In this document: positions 9,980 through 17,580 of the stretch, one piece after another
Layout of the letters: every line of letters starts with the position of its first letter
How positions within the stretch are numbered: the first letter of the stretch is position 1
Source of the DNA: an uncultured Planctomycetota bacterium
GTDB taxonomy: Bacteria; Planctomycetota; DG-23; CAZBND01
Assembly (NCBI GenBank): GCA_964622675.1
Contig: CAZUUK010000001.1
Location: 17,900-81,899, forward strand
DNA: 64,000 nt
Direction: 5' to 3'
Position numbers and translations under genes: made by a program
Notes under the pieces: model-generated
The model's input: only the letters and a program-made list of their open reading frames with translations
Database searches by the model: none
Told to the model about the DNA's origin: nothing

Positions 9980-9999
9980 GGCGGAGGGAGACATAAAAT
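9971..9999 (+). promoter_or_regulatory. sigma70-type promoter (TTGACT-N17-TAAAAT) for the LOG-purA operon
   Basis: TTGACT 9971-9976, 17-nt spacer, TAAAAT 9994-9999. SD GAAGGAG at 10021-10027 precedes the TTG start at 10035. Confidence 0.6.
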
Positions 10000-10034
10000 T
10001 AGGGGTTTGGGCAGCTGACAGAAGGAGAGCTGGT

Positions 10035-10700
10035 TTGGATGACTTTACGCGGACGGATCCGTGGCGCGTGTTCAGGATCATGGCGGAGTTCGTAGAGGGT
10101 TTCGATGAACTTTCGAGGCTCGGGCCGGCGGTGAGCGTTTTCGGGTCCGCCAAGGCGACCCCTGAAGACGCATACTACGCGAGGGCCGTGAACGTGGGGC
10201 GGCTTTTGGCGGAGAACGGGTTTGCAGTAGTAACCGGGGGCGGCCCTGGGATAATGGGAGCGGCGAATAAGGGAGCAAAAGAAGCGGGAGGAGCATCGGT
10301 GGGGCTGAATATACTGCTGCCGGAAGAACAACGCGCTAACCCCTACGTGACCAAGCTTCTGAGCTTCCGCTATTTTTTTGTGCGAAAGCTTATGTTCTCG
10401 AAGCATTCCGTCGGGTTCGTCATCTTCCCCGGTGGTTTTGGGACGATGGATGAGATGTTTGAGTCGCTAACGCTGGTGCAGACAAGACGAATAGGGAAGT
10501 CGTCGTTTCCCATTTGCCTGTTCGGAAGCGAGTTCTGGGCCCCTCTGAGAGGTTGGCTGAGGGAGACCTTGCTCGCACGGGGATATGTCGCCGCAGAGGA
10601 TCTGGAACTGTTCTTTGTGACTGACGATGAAGAAGAAGCCGTGGAGTTCATTAAGGCAAAATACGACCGAAGCACACTGAATCATTTTGGCTGGATGTAG
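10035..10700 (+). CDS. LOG-family (TIGR00730) nucleotide 5'-monophosphate phosphoribohydrolase
   Basis: GGGPGIMGAANKGA and PGGFGTMDE motifs are diagnostic of the LOG / lysine-decarboxylase-like family. Confidence 0.85.
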   Translation: MDDFTRTDPWRVFRIMAEFVEGFDELSRLGPAVSVFGSAKATPEDAYYARAVNVGRLLAENGFAVVTGGGPGIMGAANKGAKEAGGASVGLNILLPEEQRANPYVTKLLSFRYFFVRKLMFSKHSVGFVIFPGGFGTMDEMFESLTLVQTRRIGKSSFPICLFGSEFWAPLRGWLRETLLARGYVAAEDLELFFVTDDEEEAVEFIKAKYDRSTLNHFGWM

Positions 10701-10732
10701 AAGCCGAGCTTTAGCCGAAGGAGAGGCGATAG

Positions 10733-11755
10733 ATGGGCGCAGTTATAGTTGTGGACGCGTTCTGGGGAGACTCTGGAAAGGGGAAGGTGGCAGTGTATCT
10801 GGCCGGGAAGCTGGGTGTTACCTATTGCGCGAGGGCGGGCACTGGTACGAACGCCGGGCACAGCGTGTACCTGGAAGGCGACAAGTTGGTTAAGCTGAAC
10901 CAGCTCCCCGCCGCACTGGTTCGAAAGGAAGCGCAGGTCCGCGTGGGCAGCGGTGTCGCCGTAGATCCGCAGGTGTTCTTGAACGAGATCGAGGAATACG
11001 ACAGCGATTTTAGCCTGCGGGGAAGAGCGAAGGTGGATTACAGATGCCCTATAATCGAGCCGGCCTACAAGGCGGCAGAGGCGGAAGATGCCAATCTGGC
11101 GGAGAAGGTGGGCTCCACGAAGAGCGGGACGGGATACGCGTTGGCGCAGTTCGCCTTGCGCAAGGCCAAACAGGCTAAGGATATCCCTGAGCTAAGGGGA
11201 TTTACGACAGATGTGGCTGCCGAGCTGAATGAGGCCTGCAAGCGGGGGGAGAAGGTGCTGATTGAAAGCAGCCAAGGGACCTGGCTTTCACTGGCTCTCA
11301 CACCCGATTATCCTTACTGCACGTCTGATAATTGCACTGCGGCGGCGTCGGCTGACGACGTGGGTCTCAACTGGAGATACGTCGAGGAAGTTGTAATGCT
11401 TGTGAAGGCCATTCCGAGCAGAGTCGGCGAGGGTCCTCTCCCGTTCGAGATCACCAGGAAAGAGATAGAAAAGCGGGGGATAAGCGAGTACGGGGTGACT
11501 ACGGGCCGACCGAGGCGAAAGGCGAGTGAGATATCGTGGCCGCACCTCCGCTACTCGGTTATGCTGAACGGTCCGACGCAGATAGCGCTAACCTTCTGCG
11601 ACCATCTCGACCCGGAGGTGAGCGGCGCGCGCAGCAAAGAGGGTCTGACCAAGAAGGTGTGGGAGTTGATCGAGCGAGTGGAGGCCGAGTGCGGGGTTCC
11701 GGTGACGCTGGTGGAGACGGGGAAGCCGCTGGGATGCCTGTTCGCGCTGAAATAG
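10733..11755 (+). CDS. purA: adenylosuccinate synthetase, short archaeal-type form (340 aa)
   Basis: P-loop GDSGKGK, GTNAGHS, TKSGTGYA and TTGRPRR motifs in PurA order. Length is about 90 aa shorter than typical bacterial PurA. Confidence 0.8.
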   Translation: MGAVIVVDAFWGDSGKGKVAVYLAGKLGVTYCARAGTGTNAGHSVYLEGDKLVKLNQLPAALVRKEAQVRVGSGVAVDPQVFLNEIEEYDSDFSLRGRAKVDYRCPIIEPAYKAAEAEDANLAEKVGSTKSGTGYALAQFALRKAKQAKDIPELRGFTTDVAAELNEACKRGEKVLIESSQGTWLSLALTPDYPYCTSDNCTAAASADDVGLNWRYVEEVVMLVKAIPSRVGEGPLPFEITRKEIEKRGISEYGVTTGRPRRKASEISWPHLRYSVMLNGPTQIALTFCDHLDPEVSGARSKEGLTKKVWELIERVEAECGVPVTLVETGKPLGCLFALK

Positions 11756-11799
11756 GGGGCGGGGAGAGCAAGCGGCGACTTCGTTGACTGAGATAGCAG

Positions 11800-12852
11800 C
11801 TAGAGTTCGCCGAGCTGGCTGCGTATCAGTGTTGCGCGCGCGACATCACGCTTAGCTTCGTCCAGTTCCTGCTCGGCGAGCTTCTGCAGATGTGCAGGCT
11901 GGGTGAGGATGAAGAGCTGATTGATTCTCTCTATCTTGATGTCGGTCACAAGCCCAAGGTTGACGCCGAGACGAAGTTGGGACAGATAGGCCATTGTCTC
12001 CTGAGTGGAGATGCTGCGGGCGCCTTTTAGCATTCCGTAGGCACGCCATACGCGGTCTTCGACGGCCGTCCGGCCGTGGCCGAGGAGGTAGTCGCGAGCG
12101 TCGCGCTCGAATTTTACCAGTTGGGGGACGACGCTCTTGAGAGCCTGGAGAATCTCTTCCTCGGACTTCCCGAGCGAGGCCTGGTTGGAGAACTGATAGA
12201 GGTCGCTGGAGGCCTCGGTCCCCTCGCCGTGCATTCCCCTGACAGCGAGGTTGAGTCTTGCCAAGGCGTTGAAGACCTTCTTCATTTGCTTTGTCATGAC
12301 GAGCCCAGGCAGGTGCAGCATAACCGAGGCGCGCAAGCCAGTTCCAACGTTGGTGGGGCAGGCGGTAAGATAGCCAAGCTTGGGGGAGAAGGCGAAACGG
12401 ATATGCTGCTCCAGGGCATCGTCGGCCCCATCGCCCATCCGCCACGCCTCGTCTACCTCGAGCCCCGACAGGATCACCTGCAGGCGCAGATGGTCCTCCT
12501 CGTTGACCATAACGGAGACGCGCTCGCTGTCACCAACAGCGACGCCGCGCCTTCCCTCGCCTTCAGCAAGCTCGCGGCTTATCAGTTGCCGCTCTTGAAG
12601 AAATCGCCGTTCCAGCCCGTCAATTTCTTCGAGCTCGATATAGCTCATGCCGGGCGCGATGTCTGCGGCGAGGATTTTTTGCTTAAGGAAGTTGGCCAGT
12701 TCGGCTTGCTGCTCCGGCTGGATTCTAGAGAGGAACGGGAACTCGTCTACGTTCCGGGCCAAGCGGATGCGGGTTGATAGTACAATGTCCGAGTCCTGGC
12801 CGGCTCCGCGCAGCCACTCCCCTCCCCCGCTAATGAGGTCACGCGGTTTCAC
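11800..12852 (-). CDS. mcsB: protein arginine kinase McsB (ATP:guanido phosphotransferase)
   Basis: CPTNVGTGLRASVMLHLPGL guanidino-kinase active-site motif. The ORF-track start 12909 overlaps mcsA by 71 nt, whereas in-frame GTG 12852 gives a 14-nt overlap. Confidence 0.85.
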   Translation of the reverse strand: MKPRDLISGGGEWLRGAGQDSDIVLSTRIRLARNVDEFPFLSRIQPEQQAELANFLKQKILAADIAPGMSYIELEEIDGLERRFLQERQLISRELAEGEGRRGVAVGDSERVSVMVNEEDHLRLQVILSGLEVDEAWRMGDGADDALEQHIRFAFSPKLGYLTACPTNVGTGLRASVMLHLPGLVMTKQMKKVFNALARLNLAVRGMHGEGTEASSDLYQFSNQASLGKSEEEILQALKSVVPQLVKFERDARDYLLGHGRTAVEDRVWRAYGMLKGARSISTQETMAYLSQLRLGVNLGLVTDIKIERINQLFILTQPAHLQKLAEQELDEAKRDVARATLIRSQLGEL

Positions 12853-13375
12853 TACCAAGCTCCTCTTCCAGACGCGCGATGCCGTCGCGGAGTTCCGCGG
12901 CTTTCTCATAATTTTCGCTGGCTACAGCCTGCTGGAGTTCCTGGCGGAGTTTGATGAGCCTGGTCAAACGAACCACGGAGGGGCCTGCCTGCGATGGGAC
13001 CTTGCCCGTGTGCTGCGTTCCGTGATGAATATGTTTCACGATGGGCATAAGCCCTTTGCGGAGCGCTTCGTAGTCGTGAGGACATCCCAGCCTGCCCTTC
13101 GCCCTGAATTCCTTAAATGTCATTCCGCAGCGAGGGCAGCTAAGCGCTGCGAGCTTTTCGTCCAGCGGGGTCTGCTGCGCGCCTATAAGGCTGCTGAGAA
13201 CCTCGGCTAGGTTGGGGGGGGGCGGTTTGGGAGTGGATATGCCCACTTCATGAGCGCACTGCTCGCAGAAGTGGTGCTCTTTTTTGCCTCCGATCAGGTT
13301 AGTCACGTGCACTGTGGCTACTCGTTTCTTGCAGACCTCACAAACCTTGTGCGGTGCTCCCGATCCTTTAGCCAT
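12839..13375 (-). CDS. mcsA: McsA, activator of protein arginine kinase (zinc-finger plus UVR domain)
   Basis: CEVCKKR...CEQC and CPRCG...GCPHDY cysteine pairs; C-terminal UVR motif LRQELQQAVASENYEKAAELRD. Confidence 0.8.
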   Translation of the reverse strand: MAKGSGAPHKVCEVCKKRVATVHVTNLIGGKKEHHFCEQCAHEVGISTPKPPPPNLAEVLSSLIGAQQTPLDEKLAALSCPRCGMTFKEFRAKGRLGCPHDYEALRKGLMPIVKHIHHGTQHTGKVPSQAGPSVVRLTRLIKLRQELQQAVASENYEKAAELRDGIARLEEELGSETA

Positions 13376-13392
13376 GCCGTCGCTCCGAACGG

Positions 13393-14187
13393 TTATGCGA
13401 GCTTTCCCTCGCGGGAAGCCTTTATGTAGTTAAGGCAGTACCCATCTTTGGCAAGGAGCGCTTCAGCCGCAAAAAGCGCAGCCATCGTCCCTGCCTCCAA
13501 CGGATCCATTATAGCAGCATCCAGCCCCGCATTGACCATGAGAGCAAGAAAAGTTCTGTTCAAGAGGGCGCGGTTGGGCAGGCCGAACGAGACGTTGCTA
13601 AGGCCACAGATGGTCTTTATCTCGGGGTAGGATGTCTTCAGGAGTGTCATTGCGTCCAGTGCAGCGGCGACGTCAGCGGGCGATGTTGAAACGGGTTGAA
13701 CGAGCGGGTCGATGTACACTTGCGCCAGAGAGATAGAAAGAGTTCGGGCCGCCGATACTATATTCTCCGCTATCTCGAGGCGCCTGTCCACGCCACTGGG
13801 GATTCCCTCATCATCCAGGAGGAGCGCAACGATGGGAGCCGAAATTTCGGCGGCAAGACGCAGCGTAGGCTCCATGTGGTTTTCCTGCGCCGTGGCGGAG
13901 TTGATAAGGGGGATCCCTTTGTGAGCCGCGACGCCGGCCTTCAACGCCTCAGCATTGGCACTGTCAACACAGAGGGGAACGTCCACGGCCGCCTGGACTG
14001 TCTTCACAAGCCAGACGAGGTTCTCAGCCTCTGTCTTGGGGTCGCTTCCAGCGTTTACATCTATGATCTGCGCGCCGGCCGCAACCTGGCGCTTTGCCTC
14101 TTGCTGGACGAAGTCGGAATCGCGCTTGGCAATTGCTTGACGGATGGGTTTCCTAGTCGCGTTGATGCGTTCTCCTACGACTAGCAC
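13393..14187 (-). CDS. acsE: methyltetrahydrofolate:corrinoid methyltransferase (AcsE/MeTr-type pterin-binding domain)
   Basis: Full-length collinear similarity to my recollection of Moorella MeTr: MLVVGERIN..., LCVDS, INS, YIDPL, GLSNVSFGLPNR.LLNRTFLA, GLDAAI. Confidence 0.8.
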   Translation of the reverse strand: MLVVGERINATRKPIRQAIAKRDSDFVQQEAKRQVAAGAQIIDVNAGSDPKTEAENLVWLVKTVQAAVDVPLCVDSANAEALKAGVAAHKGIPLINSATAQENHMEPTLRLAAEISAPIVALLLDDEGIPSGVDRRLEIAENIVSAARTLSISLAQVYIDPLVQPVSTSPADVAAALDAMTLLKTSYPEIKTICGLSNVSFGLPNRALLNRTFLALMVNAGLDAAIMDPLEAGTMAALFAAEALLAKDGYCLNYIKASREGKLA

Positions 14188-14190
14188 AGG

Positions 14191-15498
14191 TCAGTCTCCC
14201 TTTGCGCCATAATTTTTCTCCCACTTGCGCAATTCCATGACTGCGGCGAGCGTTGACCTGCCGTTCCTGATCTCCGCCATAATGCGGTCTTCCTTTTCAA
14301 GCCATTCCATGCCGCGATTCGCCAACTCCACCGCGTCTCCTTTGGGCACAACAACCACCCCGTCGTCATCGCCTACTATCCAGTCGCCCGGGAAGATCCG
14401 GACGCCCGAGATGAGGAGAGGGACATTGAATTCTCCCATGCCGCGTGGTTCGCCTGCGTGAGAGGTCACCAGCCTGGAGAAGGCAGGAAAGTGCAACTTG
14501 CGAATCGTGTGGGTGTCGCGGATGGCTCCATTGATAACGACGCCGGCGATTTTCCGTTCTCTGGCGCTGAGGGTAGCCATCTCGCCCCATACTGCGGGGG
14601 GCACGCCGCCGGCGTCTATGACGATGACGTCTCCGGCTTTTGCCTCGTCAACCGCCTCTACGGGCTTGGCCCAGTCGCCCGGATAGGTTCTGACCGTGAA
14701 GGCCTTGCCGGCAAGGCGAACGCCTTGAACGATGGCATGTATCCCTTCCAGTGAAGGTGTCCTGTGCATTCCGTCGGATATGTTTGCGGTGGAAACACGC
14801 GAGAAGACCTCTCTAATTCCATCTTCGGAGACGCGTTTGAAGAGAACCGTGGGGCGCTTTTCGCCGGTGAGCATGGCCTGCTTGATGAGGCGAGTGGCCT
14901 CTTTGGCATCCCTGGCTTTGCAAATCGCGCCGCCCACGATGACTATGTCGGCCCCGGAGGCGACCGCTTCGGCGGCGGTTTCGGAGTTGAGCCCGCCGGC
15001 CACAGCTATGGGAATGGTCACCTTTTCGCGAATCCGGCGCAGCACGTTGAACGGGTCCGCACCAACCATTTGCTCGTCGATAGGAATATGAACACCAACG
15101 TGGCTAGCCCCCCACTGCTGTGCCCGCTGTGCGCGGGAGACGGGATCAGGCACGTTCATGAGGTCAACGCCGATTTGAATGCCGTAGTTGGCGCCGGCAT
15201 GGATGCATTCTTTGATGGTGGGGTCGCTGGCGACCCCCATAACGATGGCGTGCTGAGCGCCAGCCTTGGCCGCTGCCTCGACCTCTATGCGGCCGGCGTC
15301 CATCACCTTGAGGTCGGCGACTATGGGGAGTTTCGGAAAGCGCCGACGAAGCTCTCGGACGGCGTTCATCCCCTCGCTTTTTATGAGAGGCGTTCCGGCC
15401 TCCAGCCAGTCAACGCCGCCAGCGATGGCCTCTTCGGCCGCCTTGAGCGCACGGTGAAGGTCCACAAAATCCAAAGCAACTTGAAGGATCGAAGCCAT
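14191..15498 (-). CDS. fusion protein: 3-hexulose-6-phosphate synthase-like (OMPDC/KGPDC fold) N-domain plus RraA-like C-domain
   Basis: N-terminal ILQVALDF...ADLKVMD...GVH HPS-like motifs. C-terminal GDVIVIDAGG...WGEMATLSA...GVVINGAIRD RraA/HMG-aldolase-like motifs. ATG 15498 is preferred to TTG 15516. Confidence 0.75.
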   Translation of the reverse strand: MASILQVALDFVDLHRALKAAEEAIAGGVDWLEAGTPLIKSEGMNAVRELRRRFPKLPIVADLKVMDAGRIEVEAAAKAGAQHAIVMGVASDPTIKECIHAGANYGIQIGVDLMNVPDPVSRAQRAQQWGASHVGVHIPIDEQMVGADPFNVLRRIREKVTIPIAVAGGLNSETAAEAVASGADIVIVGGAICKARDAKEATRLIKQAMLTGEKRPTVLFKRVSEDGIREVFSRVSTANISDGMHRTPSLEGIHAIVQGVRLAGKAFTVRTYPGDWAKPVEAVDEAKAGDVIVIDAGGVPPAVWGEMATLSARERKIAGVVINGAIRDTHTIRKLHFPAFSRLVTSHAGEPRGMGEFNVPLLISGVRIFPGDWIVGDDDGVVVVPKGDAVELANRGMEWLEKEDRIMAEIRNGRSTLAAVMELRKWEKNYGAKGD

Positions 15499-15516
15499 TT
15501 TGCACCCAAATCGCAA

Positions 15517-15885
15517 CTAGGCCGGGGAATAGCTGGCACTGCTGCCCGGGGTCTCCCAGACAGTCACACGCCGAATCCGCACTCCTTCCGGCAACTTTGC
15601 AGAGACCTGCTCGTGAACCGCCTTGGCGATGTTCTCCGTGGTCGGGTTCTGGGTTTTGAAGAGTTCCAAATCGTTGAGGCTCGTGTGATCGAATTCAAGG
15701 AGACTCTGGGAGAGGAGGCCACGCGCATCAGAGAAATCAATGAGCATCCCCTGCTGGGTCAGCCTATCTCCACAAAGGGTTAACCGAACCAGCCAGTTGT
15801 GGCCGTGCAGCTTTTCGCACTTCCCCTTGTACCCTCTAAGAAAGTGGGCTGCAGCAAAGTCTCCTTCCACCTCGAGTTCGAACAT
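15517..15885 (-). CDS. queD: 6-carboxytetrahydropterin / 6-pyruvoyl-tetrahydropterin synthase family protein (QueD/PTPS)
   Basis: MFELEVEGDFAAAH N-terminus and CEKLHGHNW zinc/catalytic motif. ATG 15885 (SD GAGGG) is chosen because ORF-track ATG 15903 sits 3 nt from the -10 box. Confidence 0.8.
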   Translation of the reverse strand: MFELEVEGDFAAAHFLRGYKGKCEKLHGHNWLVRLTLCGDRLTQQGMLIDFSDARGLLSQSLLEFDHTSLNDLELFKTQNPTTENIAKAVHEQVSAKLPEGVRIRRVTVWETPGSSASYSPA

Positions 15886-15905
15886 GCTTCTTACCCTCTG
15901 CAAAC

Positions 15906-15935
15906 ATTATCGCACCGGTCTCGCCGGGGTGTCAA
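15906..15935 (-). promoter_or_regulatory. sigma70-type promoter (TTGACA-N18-GATAAT) for the queD-hps/rraA-acsE-mcsAB operon
   Basis: Minus strand: TTGACA 15935-15930, 18-nt spacer, GATAAT 15911-15906. Confidence 0.55.
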
Positions 15936-15988
15936 GGAGCGATGACGCGGGTGGGAATGACGGGACCGGACGGGGACCTCGAAGCTTC

Positions 15989-16017
15989 TTGACAGCACGC
16001 AAGGCCACGTATATAAG
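15989..16017 (+). promoter_or_regulatory. sigma70-type promoter (TTGACA-N17-TATAAG) for trpE-folD...
   Basis: TTGACA 15989-15994, 17-nt spacer, TATAAG 16012-16017, 26 nt upstream of the trpE ATG. Confidence 0.6.
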
Positions 16018-16042
16018 AGGGAAACGTGACGGAGGCCGTTCG

Positions 16043-17539
16043 ATGTACTACCCCAGTTTTGAGGAATTCCGGAAGCTTGCCCGCACCGAGCAGATCATAC
16101 CGGTGTACCGGCAGCTTCTCGCTGACACGCTCACGCCTGTGTCGGCGTACATGTGCCTTGCCGAAGGGTCGCGTTACGAATTTCTGCTTGAAAGCGCTTC
16201 CGGCGGGGAGAACATCGGGCGTTTTTCCTTCGTGGGCGCCGACCCGTTTGCAGTCTTCACCGCCAGGGGCAATGAGGTGGAACTGGTCCAAGAGAACGGC
16301 GAACGCAAGAGCTGGACGGGCGAGCCATTTGAGGAGTTGAGGAAGCTGGTATGGAAGCACTCAAGCGGCAGGCCGGCGCGGCTTCACTGGTTTACGGGAG
16401 GCGCGGCGGGGTACGTCTCTTACGACGCCGTGCGGCACATAGAGCAACTGCCTGATCTGAAACCGGATGTACTCGGGCTCCCGGAGATGTATTTCGGCCT
16501 GTACGAGACGGTAGTTGTGTTCGACCACCTCTACAAGGTGGTCAAAGTCATAAGCAATGTGCACCCGGGTGATGAGTCGCCCGCTTCGGCTTACGAGCGT
16601 GCTCTAGAGAGGATAGACCGAACGGTCGAGCGCTTGCACCGAGCAGTGACACTCGTCAGCGACGATGTACAGGCGAGCGGGCCGCTCGATCTCGAGTATT
16701 CTTCCAACTTCAGAAAGGTTGACTTCGAGGACGCTGTGCGAAAGGCAAAGGAGTACATCCTGGCGGGTGACATACTCCAGGTGGTTCCGTCACAACGGCT
16801 GGCGGCCAGGACGAGTGCGGACGGCTTCTCGATCTACCGGACGCTTCGAGTGGTAAATCCTTCTCCATATATGTTCTACCTGCGGATGCCCGACGTCTCG
16901 CTCGTAGGTGCGTCGCCGGAAGTAATGGTAAGGGTGGAGAATGAAAGCGTGGTGCTGCGGCCCATCGCCGGCACAAGACCGCGTGGTGAGAATGAGGAGA
17001 AAGACCGGGCCCTCGAAAAGGAACTCGTGGCAGACGAGAAGGAGCGCGCGGAACACATGATGCTGGTTGACCTAGCACGCAATGACGTCGGTAGAGTTTC
17101 AGAGTACGGCTCGGTGAAGGTTGACAAGTTCATGGTAGTGGAGCGGTACTCCCACGTGATGCACTTGACGACAAACGTATCAGGAAGGCTGCGGGGGGGC
17201 TGTGATGCTTTCGATGCCTTGAAGGCTTCTCTGCCCGCGGGGACGGTGACGGGCGCGCCGAAAGTGAGGGCGATGGAGATCATCGAGGAGCTGGAGCCTG
17301 AGAAGCGCGGTCCCTATGCGGGTGCTGTGGGTCTGATAGGATTCGGAGGGGACCTCAACACGTGCATCACCATAAGAACCATCGTTTTGAAGGACGATGT
17401 GGCTTACGTCCAGGCGGGGGCCGGCATTGTAGCTGACTCAGTACCTGAGAGAGAATACGAAGAGACGCTGAATAAGGCCAAAGCCCTTTTGAAGGCCATA
17501 GAGCTGGCGGAGCAGCAACTGGGCGCGACGACAGCGTGA
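16043..17539 (+). CDS. trpE: anthranilate synthase component I
   Basis: Trp-feedback motif FLLESASGG...S, PIAGT (Ala, TrpE-type) in LRPIAGTRPRG, and GAGIVADS C-terminal motif. ATG 16043 removes a 101-codon non-homologous extension that overlaps queD. Confidence 0.85.
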   Translation: MYYPSFEEFRKLARTEQIIPVYRQLLADTLTPVSAYMCLAEGSRYEFLLESASGGENIGRFSFVGADPFAVFTARGNEVELVQENGERKSWTGEPFEELRKLVWKHSSGRPARLHWFTGGAAGYVSYDAVRHIEQLPDLKPDVLGLPEMYFGLYETVVVFDHLYKVVKVISNVHPGDESPASAYERALERIDRTVERLHRAVTLVSDDVQASGPLDLEYSSNFRKVDFEDAVRKAKEYILAGDILQVVPSQRLAARTSADGFSIYRTLRVVNPSPYMFYLRMPDVSLVGASPEVMVRVENESVVLRPIAGTRPRGENEEKDRALEKELVADEKERAEHMMLVDLARNDVGRVSEYGSVKVDKFMVVERYSHVMHLTTNVSGRLRGGCDAFDALKASLPAGTVTGAPKVRAMEIIEELEPEKRGPYAGAVGLIGFGGDLNTCITIRTIVLKDDVAYVQAGAGIVADSVPEREYEETLNKAKALLKAIELAEQQLGATTA

Positions 17540-17580
17540 GGAGAAAGGGGAGGTCGAGGATCTAAAGAGAGGAGTGGCAG

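Noticed and set aside
14764-15783. 339-aa plus-strand ORF antisense to the HPS-RraA and queD genes
   Set aside because: Same reasoning: no motifs, it spans two well-supported minus-strand genes, and there is no SD.
15740-16042. 101-codon N-terminal extension of trpE given by the ORF track
   Set aside because: It overlaps queD on the opposite strand and spans the trpE promoter. Its composition is not TrpE-like. The conserved TrpE N-terminus begins at ATG 16043.
16043-17539. Possibility that the trpE-like gene next to folate genes is really a second PabB
   Set aside because: It has Ala in the PIAGT motif and the LLES...S tryptophan-feedback motif, both TrpE hallmarks. The gene at 62846-64000 has the PabB-type PIKGT lysine.
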